IMG/VR virus record: IMGVR_UViG_3300032280_000361
DNA: 64,000 bases
Reading direction: 5' to 3' (one strand)
Source: a virus
Taxonomy: Duplodnaviria > Heunggongvirae > Uroviricota > Caudoviricetes
Below are positions 9,918 through 19,188 of this stretch, piece after piece. Under the pieces are notes generated by a model that searched no databases, was not told the DNA's origin, and worked only from the letters and a program-made list of their open reading frames with translations. How positions within the stretch are numbered: position 1 is the stretch's first letter; every line of letters begins with the position of its first letter. A program made the translations under genes and the position numbers.

Positions 9918-12032
9918 TTATTTAGTTAAGAACATTCTATTCAAAGTAGCAGTTACTTCTGATATTGAATTGATGTTGATGAACTTAGAATCAGCACCAT
10001 ACATCGTTCTGAATCGGTCTCTAGATGAACCACCATCACCATAATCGGTAACGAAGTAAGAAAGAACTCCAATACCTCTCTCTCTAATCTTATTAACCTC
10101 TTTCTTAGTGTGTTCAGCGGCGTGTTGTCCGGTGTACTGAATATCCGAATTAGAGAAACAAGGTTCACCATCGGAGATATTCACAAAGTAAGAATCCAAA
10201 TCATTGGTTGAACTTACTAATAACTTTTGAATTGCTTCAAATGTTAATCCTTCTGGAGTAGTTCCTGATTCTCTTAAGAAAGGGAAAAGAGATTTAATCT
10301 TTTGGAATGAATCCTTTCTACTATCGTAAGCAAATAAGATAACTGGCAAATTGGAATCTGAATATCGGAATGTGATTTGTAATTCTAAGTTACCAATCAT
10401 TGAAACCGCTTTAGCTAATGCAATTGCGTTAATCATTGTTTGCTTCCATTTCTGTCCACCCATTGAACCACTCGCATCAATTGATAAGTGGATGTTTGCT
10501 TTCTTAAACTTATCTACAAAGGTTTGAGTAAATACGTTCTCATAATCGAATCCTAAAGAAGCAACCATTCTACCATCAATCTTACCATTCTTTTGGCGAT
10601 TGAAGATTGTTTCTCTACTCTCATTACGAACCTGCAATTTCTTACCCATTACAGTTCCCATTGTTTCTGCTTGAAGAAAATCGGATTCTGAAAGGTTTCT
10701 TCTTAACTCTTTTTCATTTGTTTTCCAATTAGTAGAACAATAAGCCATGTGAAAAGTACTACTCTCCATCATTTGCTTTGTAAGATTCTTAATGATGATT
10801 ACATCAACACCTTTGTTCTTACCATGTCCATTAGTAAAGTTATCAGCAACGTGCGTTATCTCTGCACCTTGAGAATCTACTGAAGTAATTTCGGATTCTA
10901 ATTGTTTGGTGATTGTTTTCTTTTTAAGCTTACCATCTAAGAAATCCTTTTGTTTCTTAATAGCTTTGTCCAACTGTCTTTTCTGAGTAGCAGAAAGGTT
11001 AGAAGGTTTTTTGTTTGAAGCATTTCCACCATCAGAATCTTTATCAGATTCTTTACCATCTCCTGATTCACCATCTTTACCACTACCATCATCAGAACCG
11101 TCCATTGGCTCACCACCATCCGCAGAAGAACTCATTCCGCTACCACCACTATTTTCTTCATCAGAATCTCCCTCCATATTTTGAGCATTTCCACCACCCT
11201 CTTCACCACCTTCTCCACCTTCACCTTGTTGGCCTTCTTGTGTTTGATTACCGGTTTCCTGAACTTCGATGTTATCTAAAATCACATCATAAATCTCATA
11301 ACACAAATCCAATACCTCTTTAGTACTTTTCAATCTACCAATATTCTTAAGGTCAATCATACCATAAATCTTTCTTAATCCTTTAAGTGCCCCTAATGTA
11401 GTATTAGAGTTAACTAAGTTGATTAATCGGAACATATATGATTCGATATCCTCATTTGTATATTCACCATCCTTAAGTGCCTTATCTACAATCTTATCAT
11501 TGAAATAAAAATCATAAAGTTTAAGGTAGTATTCTCTGTAGCCAGGAGCCTTAGTGTAAATAAAGTTATCAATTCTCCTATCCTCTACAATATTACACAG
11601 ATTTTTGATGTGGTCATTTACTGCCCATACATTAATGTTTTTAGTAAGTGCTTTATCCTTCAACTCTTGAGGAATTAAAGAATTCATTTTCTGTAATAAT
11701 TTGAAATCGGAAAGTAAAATGTGAGAACCTTCGTGCAATGCCAATCCAACCCCAACATCAAACTTTTCAGGACTATCAACATCACCACTAATTGTTACGG
11801 TTTCACCATCCGTATAACTATTCTTAGTTTCGAATCGAACTGGAATGTTTTTACCGGTAGCAATTGAAACGAAGTTTGAAATAGCTTTACGAGCAGATGA
11901 TAATCGATACTTTTTGATGGTATCTACTGCTGATTCGGAAATAGACGAGTAAACGATGGTTTCATCGAAGTCGTGTTCATCATACCAGAATGATGAGTGG
12001 TATGAGCTCTTTTTGTGTGTGTATTTTTTCAT
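9918..12032 (-). CDS. VWA (MIDAS) domain protein with N-terminal HExxH domain and acidic G/S/D/E linker (CobT-like MoxR partner)
   Basis: ALHEGSH, NIVEDRRI, low-complexity linker, IDASGSM MIDAS, GTTPE, ISDGEP. Confidence 0.85.
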   Translation of the reverse strand: MKKYTHKKSSYHSSFWYDEHDFDETIVYSSISESAVDTIKKYRLSSARKAISNFVSIATGKNIPVRFETKNSYTDGETVTISGDVDSPEKFDVGVGLALHEGSHILLSDFKLLQKMNSLIPQELKDKALTKNINVWAVNDHIKNLCNIVEDRRIDNFIYTKAPGYREYYLKLYDFYFNDKIVDKALKDGEYTNEDIESYMFRLINLVNSNTTLGALKGLRKIYGMIDLKNIGRLKSTKEVLDLCYEIYDVILDNIEVQETGNQTQEGQQGEGGEGGEEGGGNAQNMEGDSDEENSGGSGMSSSADGGEPMDGSDDGSGKDGESGDGKESDKDSDGGNASNKKPSNLSATQKRQLDKAIKKQKDFLDGKLKKKTITKQLESEITSVDSQGAEITHVADNFTNGHGKNKGVDVIIIKNLTKQMMESSTFHMAYCSTNWKTNEKELRRNLSESDFLQAETMGTVMGKKLQVRNESRETIFNRQKNGKIDGRMVASLGFDYENVFTQTFVDKFKKANIHLSIDASGSMGGQKWKQTMINAIALAKAVSMIGNLELQITFRYSDSNLPVILFAYDSRKDSFQKIKSLFPFLRESGTTPEGLTFEAIQKLLVSSTNDLDSYFVNISDGEPCFSNSDIQYTGQHAAEHTKKEVNKIRERGIGVLSYFVTDYGDGGSSRDRFRTMYGADSKFININSISEVTATLNRMFLTK

Positions 12033-12051
12033 ATCTCTTTTTCTTATACCA

Positions 12052-12083
12052 TAAAGATACGAAGAAAGACTGAGACCACCAAG
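12052..12083 (-). promoter_or_regulatory. Bacteroidota-type promoter (variant)
   Basis: CTTG-N20-TATCTTTA; spacer shares GGTCTCAG with the 9337 promoter. Confidence 0.7.
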
Positions 12084-12120
12084 CCTTTTCTAAATTATTT
12101 TTTTAATTTTTTTAATTGAG

Positions 12121-12133
12121 TATCAATTAGTTA
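12121..12133 (+). promoter_or_regulatory. IHF-consensus box upstream of VWA promoter
   Basis: TATCAATTAGTTA matches WATCAANNNNTTR. Confidence 0.45.
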
Positions 12134-13233
12134 TGAATAAGATTATAAAGGAATGTGTTAATTTTGATTATTTCGTCTAATCTTTTTCGATTTTTTGTGG
12201 TTAATATTGATAATTTTTTTAATAAACTATCATACTCACTCATTGGCATAAATGATATTTTCCTAACTAACTCTACTTTATCCTTAGATATACCATCAAA
12301 TACTTCCTTATTATAATCTCTAAACCCAAACTCTTCTAAAAATGTTCCGACCGATTTATTCATATAAATAAAAGGTTTACCTATTGATAGTAAATCTATT
12401 GTTTTTTCTGTTATCAAATCATTCATACAATCTTTTATAATATCTGATTCTGTTCCCGATTCAAAATAAATAGAAATATCACTTTTCAGAGTATGATTAT
12501 AAAGTTTATTTAATACCCAGCTATTAAAATTTTTATCAATGTCATCTATACTCAGATATTTTTTATTAATGTTTTTGATTTTATCAAACTCATCATGTAA
12601 TTCAAATTTAGTAAAATATTCCTCCACCAACTTATATGATTCTTCTGTACTTAACACAGAATTATGAACACTAATTTTAATGTTTTCGTTTAAGTGAGTA
12701 TCAATCAATCGATATAAAAATTTAATCCTATTTATTTTCTTAATTTCTCTTACAGAATAATCTACTCTGCATTCCTTTAACTTTATTGAATTGAATAGTT
12801 CATAAGCCGCATAATGATATTTACCCCACTTATCATCGTTAATCATATAATTTAGAATTAATGATAAATCAAAATAAGTATTATACAGATTATTTATAGT
12901 AGGTGATATGAAATTTAAATTAGAAGGAGTAAAATTTAATTCACTTAAATACCCGTATGATGTATTACAATCAACTATAGGAGATAATAAAAAAATAGGA
13001 ATTGTTTTGATGGATTCACATATATGCAAATCATCTGTTATGATAATGTCAACCCCATCAATATTATTATCAAAATCTTTAACTACCACTGTAATACCAT
13101 TCTTTGATAATATGTTCTTAAGAATGATTAGTGGTATATTCTCAACATCATTTTTTTCAGGAATAAATTTGGTATTCCTTAATAAAGCGTATAATAATTT
13201 CATTTCCGAAATTACTATTAAAACTTTTTTCAT
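12127..13233 (-). CDS. Putative glycosyltransferase-like protein, distant relative of 2214-3365
   Basis: FES..ITEKT..GKPFI..FLEEFGF motif; very AT-rich. Confidence 0.45.
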   Translation of the reverse strand: MKKVLIVISEMKLLYALLRNTKFIPEKNDVENIPLIILKNILSKNGITVVVKDFDNNIDGVDIIITDDLHICESIKTIPIFLLSPIVDCNTSYGYLSELNFTPSNLNFISPTINNLYNTYFDLSLILNYMINDDKWGKYHYAAYELFNSIKLKECRVDYSVREIKKINRIKFLYRLIDTHLNENIKISVHNSVLSTEESYKLVEEYFTKFELHDEFDKIKNINKKYLSIDDIDKNFNSWVLNKLYNHTLKSDISIYFESGTESDIIKDCMNDLITEKTIDLLSIGKPFIYMNKSVGTFLEEFGFRDYNKEVFDGISKDKVELVRKISFMPMSEYDSLLKKLSILTTKNRKRLDEIIKINTFLYNLIHN

Positions 13234-13241
13234 ATAATCAA

Positions 13242-13394
13242 TTAATAATCATCGTCTGGACCGAATGTATCTTCCATCTCCATTCTTTCATATAATTCCT
13301 CCAATTTAGCATGCGCACTCTTCACTAAATCCCAATTTTCAGCATCCATTGCATCTTCTAAGATGATTAGGATGTTATTTAATTTGTCTAACAT
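13242..13394 (-). CDS. Small acidic protein (50 aa, not in ORF track)
   Basis: MLDKLNNILIILEDAMDAENWDLVKSAHAKLEELYERMEMEDTFGPDDDY fills the gap. Confidence 0.6.
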   Translation of the reverse strand: MLDKLNNILIILEDAMDAENWDLVKSAHAKLEELYERMEMEDTFGPDDDY

Positions 13395-13441
13395 AGTTCT
13401 TTCTATTTTGTAATTAAATATATAGATATTTTTTTTTAAAT

Positions 13442-13470
13442 AAAAAAGGAGGATTATACATCCCCCCTTT
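13442..13470 (-). terminator. Intrinsic terminator
   Basis: GGGGGGATG-TATA-ATCCTCC plus T6. Confidence 0.7.
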
Positions 13471-13489
13471 CATTTATTAATTATTTTAA

Positions 13490-14137
13490 TTATTTTTTAA
13501 ATTTAATTTTCCAATAAACACCACCTCTTAGATATGGAGAGAATGTACCATTTGTACCATCAGTTGTTCTGTTATCAACTCCTACTCCTAATTGATATAT
13601 CTTATCCTTCTTAGTATTGATTAACACACCTGCTCCTACTGAACTTACGAAATCAGCTTTATTGAATCCACCTTCTAAACCATAAAATACTTTAGTTTTA
13701 GGTAATTCTTTAACAATTGTAGTTTCTTTGATAGTTCTTTGTTTTACATTTGCATTGAAAGTTCTACCTAAGATTCTATTTTGTGAAATTGTATCAGTTA
13801 CCGCCACAGTTCCTAAAGAATCAGGTAATACTAACACATCCTTATATAATACTTTTGAATAATAATCTTTTAATAATGCTACGGTATCGATTACTGCAGG
13901 AATGATTACTTCTTTCTCAACAATTGTTTCGTGATAAATATCTTCACCTTTTTTAGTTACCACTTTAGTCTTTACAATATCAACCGTATCGATTTCGTGC
14001 TTAATTACTTCATACGCTTTGCCAGCTATGAATACTTTTTTACCAGGTAATATATCACCTGGATTAAACCACTGCAATAAAACGAATATAATCAATGCTA
14101 CGATTGCTATATTCTTAAAGTTCAACAATTTTTTCAT
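13490..14137 (-). CDS. Membrane-anchored envelope protein (possibly spanin-like)
   Basis: N-terminal TM, beta-rich DT repeats, C-terminal amphipathic strands ending GVYWKIKF. Confidence 0.5.
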   Translation of the reverse strand: MKKLLNFKNIAIVALIIFVLLQWFNPGDILPGKKVFIAGKAYEVIKHEIDTVDIVKTKVVTKKGEDIYHETIVEKEVIIPAVIDTVALLKDYYSKVLYKDVLVLPDSLGTVAVTDTISQNRILGRTFNANVKQRTIKETTIVKELPKTKVFYGLEGGFNKADFVSSVGAGVLINTKKDKIYQLGVGVDNRTTDGTNGTFSPYLRGGVYWKIKFKK

Positions 14138-14174
14138 AATCTATTTAATTTATGTGTATAAATATTGATTTATT

Positions 14175-15611
14175 TTAAAATACCATCTTAGAACCAATTT
14201 GAATATTGTTCATCAAAGAGAATTCAGGAGAAAACATCATATTTGCTCTATATGATGCCGAAAATCCAAATCTTTTACTAATTTTGTAATCATATCCCAA
14301 TCCAACCATTGCTCCAGGTGTTCTAGTAACTGAACTACTACCTGTTACGGTATTCCATGCTAATGGTGATTGCATTAAAAATACTTGTGGAGTTAGAGTA
14401 ACTTTTTTACTATACTGAAATGGTTTCATCCAAAATCCAACAAAAGATGAGAGTAAACTTACATCATATCCACCCTTATTCATATTCTGCATCATTAAGG
14501 TTATAACACCAACATTATATCCAAATGTTCCATATTTAGGATGTGGTTTAATCCACGTGTATCCATTAAGGTTCATTAGAGTTCCTTTAAGGTAAGCAAA
14601 CGTAGTTCCGTATGAATGTATTGCATTTAGTTTACCTTCTTCAAAATCCATCTTAGTAATACCACCACTCAATGCAAATTGGTCTAATGTACTCCAAATA
14701 AGCGCGGTAGCCGAATATGATTTATCTCCCATTAAAGATGATTTAGATACACCTACACTCATCATTACAGCGTAGTTACCATCTGCATCTTCCGTACCAG
14801 CCAAATCAGATGCTAACATCATTGGGTTTGCTACTGCTTTCTTTTTTTCCTCTTTTTTCTTTTCTTCCTTCTTCTCCTCTTTCTTTTCTTCTTTAGATTC
14901 TTCTTTTTTCTCCTCCGATTTAGATTCTTCTTTCTTTTCTTCTTTTTTTTCTTCTGTTTTGCTTTCTGATTTCTTTTCTTCAGTTTTAGATTCACTCTTT
15001 GCTTCCGTTTTGGTCTCCGATTTTGTTTCAGATGAAGATGAACCACCGCTAGATGAATTACTCTCTCCAGATGAAGAAGAACCACCACTAGAAGAAGATG
15101 ATGATGAGCTACTTCCACCACTTTGAGATGAACTTCCTCCACTTGCAGGCGGAGGTGGGGTAGAACCCGCTGATGAACTTGCGGCTCCACTTGCCGATGA
15201 ACTTGCGGCTCCACTTGCAGATGAAGATGCCGCAGCACTTGCCGATGAAGATGCGGCAGAAGAAGCTGCTGAACTTGCGGCATTTGATGCAGCAGTTGAT
15301 GCCGCCTGTGTTACCGTATTCTGTACGGTCTGTTGAACTACTATATTTGTAGGGCAACCCATTGTGGAATAAGCTAAGTAGGTTGTCTGTAACCATACTT
15401 GCACCATTCCTGTCTGAACTTCAAATGGTGTGAATGATTTTGATTGATTGTAAAAAGAAACTATTGCATTTCCGTTTACATATTGTGTGGTTACTAATTT
15501 CCTTTCACCGCTACACTTATCTATAAAAGATTGGGTGTATGTTTGTCCGCTCGCATTTTCAGCGAATAATAAAGTAACAATTATAGTTAAACATGATATC
15601 CATCTTTTCAT
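14175..15611 (-). CDS. Secreted outer-membrane beta-barrel protein with Ser/Ala and Lys/Glu linker
   Basis: Signal peptide, two-Cys N-domain, low-complexity linker, amphipathic beta C-domain ending IQIGSKMVF. Confidence 0.65.
   Translation of the reverse strand: MKRWISCLTIIVTLLFAENASGQTYTQSFIDKCSGERKLVTTQYVNGNAIVSFYNQSKSFTPFEVQTGMVQVWLQTTYLAYSTMGCPTNIVVQQTVQNTVTQAASTAASNAASSAASSAASSSASAAASSSASGAASSSASGAASSSAGSTPPPPASGGSSSQSGGSSSSSSSSSGGSSSSGESNSSSGGSSSSETKSETKTEAKSESKTEEKKSESKTEEKKEEKKEESKSEEKKEESKEEKKEEKKEEKKKEEKKKAVANPMMLASDLAGTEDADGNYAVMMSVGVSKSSLMGDKSYSATALIWSTLDQFALSGGITKMDFEEGKLNAIHSYGTTFAYLKGTLMNLNGYTWIKPHPKYGTFGYNVGVITLMMQNMNKGGYDVSLLSSFVGFWMKPFQYSKKVTLTPQVFLMQSPLAWNTVTGSSSVTRTPGAMVGLGYDYKISKRFGFSASYRANMMFSPEFSLMNNIQIGSKMVF
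15172..15219. repeat. 24-nt tandem repeat (2 copies plus degenerate flanks) encoding ASGAASSS
   Basis: GATGAACTTGCGGCTCCACTTGC occurs twice at 24-nt period. Confidence 0.8.
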
Positions 15612-15928
15612 TAACGTTTTTCTCTTAATGCTCTGTTAGGCAAAGGTCTATTTGGAATAGTTCTTCTTTGTGGAGCAAATCTAGGAATGTAACGATTATT
15701 AGGTACTATAATAGGTCGGTTTCTTTGTATGATAATTGGATTATAATATGGAACTCTCCAATTATAATTTAAGAATATCGGAGATGGTACATATAAATTA
15801 TCATACACCACTCTTTGTTTTACTACTACAGAATCTTTAGGGTCTACATACACATATCTTACAGGTGTACAATTTGTTAAAAACATTACTACCCATAAAA
15901 ATAATAGAATTGATACTATTTTTTTCAT
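15611..15928 (-). CDS. Putative lipoprotein with Pro/Arg-rich tail
   Basis: MKK-hydrophobic-LTNC lipobox-like signal. Confidence 0.6.
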   Translation of the reverse strand: MKKIVSILLFLWVVMFLTNCTPVRYVYVDPKDSVVVKQRVVYDNLYVPSPIFLNYNWRVPYYNPIIIQRNRPIIVPNNRYIPRFAPQRRTIPNRPLPNRALREKR

Positions 15929-15932
15929 AATT

Positions 15933-16115
15933 TTATTGTTTTTGTTTTAAGGTATAATAAATCGCAAAGTATGTATGTCTTATAAATATTAAACATATAA
16001 ACCCTATCATTACCGATAATGTCTGACTAGTGAACTTATAAAATATATATCCAAATCCTGTAGCTACTAATAATGCAATCAATGTAAATGCAAGTGCTGA
16101 TAATTTTGTTTTCAT
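15933..16115 (-). CDS. Small 2-TM membrane protein
   Basis: Two hydrophobic helices. Confidence 0.55.
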   Translation of the reverse strand: MKTKLSALAFTLIALLVATGFGYIFYKFTSQTLSVMIGFICLIFIRHTYFAIYYTLKQKQ

Positions 16116-16120
16116 AATGA

Positions 16121-16864
16121 TTATCTTTGATATAAATATACCATACCTTCATTATCTATACAAATAGCACTCATATTCTCAATCCAATCCCCACTATTAA
16201 GATATCTTTTTCCATCAATCATTCTATCCGCAGGTTGGTGAATGTGTCCGCAAATAACCCCATTGCACCCTTTTTTGGTGGCCATACTCAATGCAGTAAC
16301 TTCAAAATCGTTTACATAGTTTGTTGCAACTTTAACACTTTCTTTAATCTTTTGTGAAATGGATATATAAGGTAGCTTTCTCCATTTACGATATGTGTTA
16401 TAAACTCTATTTAACCAAAGAGCAAAATCATAACCAACTGCACCTATTTTCGATAACCACTTATACTTTGTTATAAAAACATCAATAACATCTCCGTGAA
16501 AAATATAGTAACTCTCATTTCTATAGATATCATCTTCTACCCAAACTTTTGTAGTAAATACATAATCCTCTCTAATTTCAATTGTACCCAAATGAGTACC
16601 GATAAATTCTTGTATAAACTCATCGTGGTTTCCTCTTATCCAAATGATTTTAGTTTTGTTTGATAATTTTAATAATTTAGATATAACTTTAGTATGCTGT
16701 TTTTTCCACTTTGTTCCTCTATTTAATGCCCATCCATCGATTATATCTCCATTAAGAATAAGTAAGTTAGTTGGATGTTTATCTAAAAATTCTATAAACT
16801 CTTCTGCTTTACTATCTTTTGTCCCTAAATGTAAATCCGATGCAATTACTACTTGATATTTCAT
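16121..16864 (-). CDS. Metallophosphoesterase, UDP-2,3-diacylglucosamine hydrolase (LpxH-like) family
   Basis: SDLHLG, GDIID, RGNHD, HGD, CGHIH, YLNSGDW. Confidence 0.85.
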   Translation of the reverse strand: MKYQVVIASDLHLGTKDSKAEEFIEFLDKHPTNLLILNGDIIDGWALNRGTKWKKQHTKVISKLLKLSNKTKIIWIRGNHDEFIQEFIGTHLGTIEIREDYVFTTKVWVEDDIYRNESYYIFHGDVIDVFITKYKWLSKIGAVGYDFALWLNRVYNTYRKWRKLPYISISQKIKESVKVATNYVNDFEVTALSMATKKGCNGVICGHIHQPADRMIDGKRYLNSGDWIENMSAICIDNEGMVYLYQR

Positions 16865-17154
16865 TTTTTAAATAATTTTTTCCAAATTTTATTATTAGGA
16901 TTACCTAACTTCATTCCAATATATTTTCCTAAAACTGAACCTATTATGTAAAAAATAACAATTCTAAAATTCCCTTTCAATAAATCATCAATTGCATAAT
17001 ATGTAGATGCTAATGCAACTAAATTTATCCAAACTGAATTTAATAATAAAGCTCCTATTTTATTTTGGTATGTATATTTTATTTCCAATACTTTGAAAAT
17101 ATTATACATTGTTTGTGCTAATAACACAATTATCTCTTTATACATTAATTCCAA
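16861..17154 (-). CDS. Small 3-TM membrane protein, paralog of 63490-63774
   Basis: Shared FKVLEIK and GSxxGK motifs. Confidence 0.6.
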   Translation of the reverse strand: MELMYKEIIVLLAQTMYNIFKVLEIKYTYQNKIGALLLNSVWINLVALASTYYAIDDLLKGNFRIVIFYIIGSVLGKYIGMKLGNPNNKIWKKLFKK

Positions 17155-17840
17155 TAATTATGAGATTGTTTAAAAAATTGTGAATTGTTTCTATTGAAGT
17201 AACATTTTACAGTTAACCAAGCCATATAAAAGAAACCTTTGTTCTTAAATCTTCTCGCTGATGTCCATACACCTTTTGTATTGTGTATTTTCATACTTTC
17301 TGCTCTTTGTGAAACCCAATAATCTTCTGCAAATAAATGTGTTTCATCATATCCTCCCGTTTTCCAATATGCTTCAATTTTCCATAGTTGGAATCCACCT
17401 ATTGCAAATGGAGTTCCTATCCAATTACTTATTTTTTGCTGAATATCGAATAATTTAAATATCCAATTATATCCCATTTCTGTTTGAAATGGTACAGTCA
17501 CCAAATCAGTATCGTATGCTAAACATTCTCCTAATACAAATTTGTTGAATAACATTATATCTGCATCTAAAAAAAGAATGTAAGGAGTGGTTACCAATTT
17601 ACTTCCCTCTAATCTTGCCTTTGCCGGAAACCCACCTTTTATTACTTCTATATTTAGTGAGTATTTGTATTCGTTTTGTGCTTTCCATAACCACCAAAGA
17701 GATTCTTCTTCATCGGAAGTATCTGCAATAATAACTTTAGTTCCAGTACATCCCACTTGCTTTGCAATAAATCCAATACATTCATATATGTTTTCATTTT
17801 CGTTTTTACAAGGGATTACAATAGTTAGTAAGTCTTTCAT
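17145..17840 (-). CDS. Glycosyltransferase family 2
   Basis: IVIPCKNE, LFLDAD, GGYDE..AED, TSARR. Confidence 0.85.
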   Translation of the reverse strand: MKDLLTIVIPCKNENENIYECIGFIAKQVGCTGTKVIIADTSDEEESLWWLWKAQNEYKYSLNIEVIKGGFPAKARLEGSKLVTTPYILFLDADIMLFNKFVLGECLAYDTDLVTVPFQTEMGYNWIFKLFDIQQKISNWIGTPFAIGGFQLWKIEAYWKTGGYDETHLFAEDYWVSQRAESMKIHNTKGVWTSARRFKNKGFFYMAWLTVKCYFNRNNSQFFKQSHNYWN

Positions 17841-17845
17841 ATGAG

Positions 17846-17853
17846 TATAAATA
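17846..17853 (-). promoter_or_regulatory. TATTTATA motif, candidate phage late promoter (representative copy)
   Basis: Exact copies upstream of genes at 14157, 17846, 18646, 19832, 27656, 39566, 43320, 44098. Confidence 0.55.
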
Positions 17854-17880
17854 AAAAACCCCCATTATTAAATGAGGGTT
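17853..17880 (-). terminator. Intrinsic terminator
   Basis: AACCCTCATT-TAAT-AATGGGGGTT plus T tract. Confidence 0.7.
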
Positions 17881-17897
17881 AGTAGATTATTAAAATA

Positions 17898-18620
17898 TTA
17901 TTTTTCAAATACACCTTTTTTAACCATCTTACCTAAAATGTTTGCACAAGCTATATCCAATGCTTTCTTTGTTGCAATACTAATAGTTGATTGATTGAAT
18001 TTAATTGGGTCTATCGTTGCATCTGAAAGGAGAGTTAATTCTCTTTTAGTAGTTGCTTCACCCAATCCACTTGCTGCTATAATAGTTCCGTTCTCCGCAT
18101 GTGTGAATCTAACTTGAAGACCAATACGAGTTACCATATTATCTTTGATACCATCTTTTAAGTTAATAGTTTCATCTTCTGATACTGAATAATCATAAAC
18201 TTCGATTTCAACAAAGTAATGTGCTAAACGGATTTTACCCATTCCATTTAATTTGTCTTCCGAAATACCTGCTTGAGAAGCCTGAAATTGTTTAACCATT
18301 CGGTTTTTAATCTCTGTCTTATCTTCCGTAAACATAAACCTGTTAAGATTATCCAAATATTCCAACGTGATATTAGCCACACCCAAACCCACTTTCTTTT
18401 CTTTGAGTTCTGGATATTGCTCATAAACTTCATCACCAATACCACATTTGAGAATTTGTATTGGGATTTGTTTACCATCATAATCTAAGAATTGAGAAAT
18501 ATCTGATTTAGTTTCGAAACTTGCTTTGAATTGTTCTGTTTTTGTTGAACCGATTGTTTGAGCAACAACCGCAACACTGCTTAATAAAAATAAGCTTAAG
18601 AATACCAATAATTTTTTCAT
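17898..18620 (-). CDS. Secreted CsgG/HfaB-like protein
   Basis: Signal peptide; GLGVAN..LxxLNRF..E, AHYFV..VYDY, GLQVRF..ENGTII..GLGEA pattern. Confidence 0.6.
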   Translation of the reverse strand: MKKLLVFLSLFLLSSVAVVAQTIGSTKTEQFKASFETKSDISQFLDYDGKQIPIQILKCGIGDEVYEQYPELKEKKVGLGVANITLEYLDNLNRFMFTEDKTEIKNRMVKQFQASQAGISEDKLNGMGKIRLAHYFVEIEVYDYSVSEDETINLKDGIKDNMVTRIGLQVRFTHAENGTIIAASGLGEATTKRELTLLSDATIDPIKFNQSTISIATKKALDIACANILGKMVKKGVFEK

Positions 18621-18654
18621 ATATCTTTTTCATATTTTGTTCTTCTATAAATAT

Positions 18655-18683
18655 AAAAAAAGGGAGAAACAATGTTCTCCCTT
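18655..18683 (-). terminator. Intrinsic terminator
   Basis: AAGGGAGAAC-ATT-GTTTCTCCC plus T7. Confidence 0.8.
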
Positions 18684-18686
18684 AAT

Positions 18687-19166
18687 TTATTTAGTTATAC
18701 TTGGTTCTTCCAAATTTTTAATATATTCATCAATCAATCTACTAACCGCTTCAGGCTTTTCATCAGCCTTAAACTTAACCTTTATTTTAGCCATACCGGT
18801 TTCGTTTGGATTAAACCCAGAATCAACCTCAATACCTTTGATATTGTGTTCGTATCCTTTCTTTTTAAATAATCCCAATAGAGATTTTTTAAGGCTAGAT
18901 ACTTCTTTTTCTTCATCACCAAATATAAGTCTACAAGAGAATTCAATATCCAGTTCCTCCAATCCAATAGATGAGTGGTCTGCTAAAATATAAAGAGGTA
19001 CAACCAAATCCTTACCACCTACATTAAAGGTTTGGGTTTTGGGTGTACCATCTTCATTGAAATAGTTTCGGAGAGCATTAATATGCTGTCTTTCACTTAT
19101 ACCTTGAGAAACCATAGCGGCCTCTAAAAGACCGCCAACTAGTTCCTCTACATTTAATCTTGCCAT
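18687..19166 (-). CDS. DUF2589-like protein
   Basis: EELVGGLLEAA..SQ, VPLYIL..SIGLEELDIEF, PEAVSRLID. Confidence 0.65.
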   Translation of the reverse strand: MARLNVEELVGGLLEAAMVSQGISERQHINALRNYFNEDGTPKTQTFNVGGKDLVVPLYILADHSSIGLEELDIEFSCRLIFGDEEKEVSSLKKSLLGLFKKKGYEHNIKGIEVDSGFNPNETGMAKIKVKFKADEKPEAVSRLIDEYIKNLEEPSITK

Positions 19167-19188
19167 AATATAACCTTTATTTTATTTA

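Noticed and set aside
17898-18620. A complete curli system
   Set aside because: No curlin-repeat CsgA/B or clear CsgE/F genes, and the CsgG-like protein lacks a lipobox Cys
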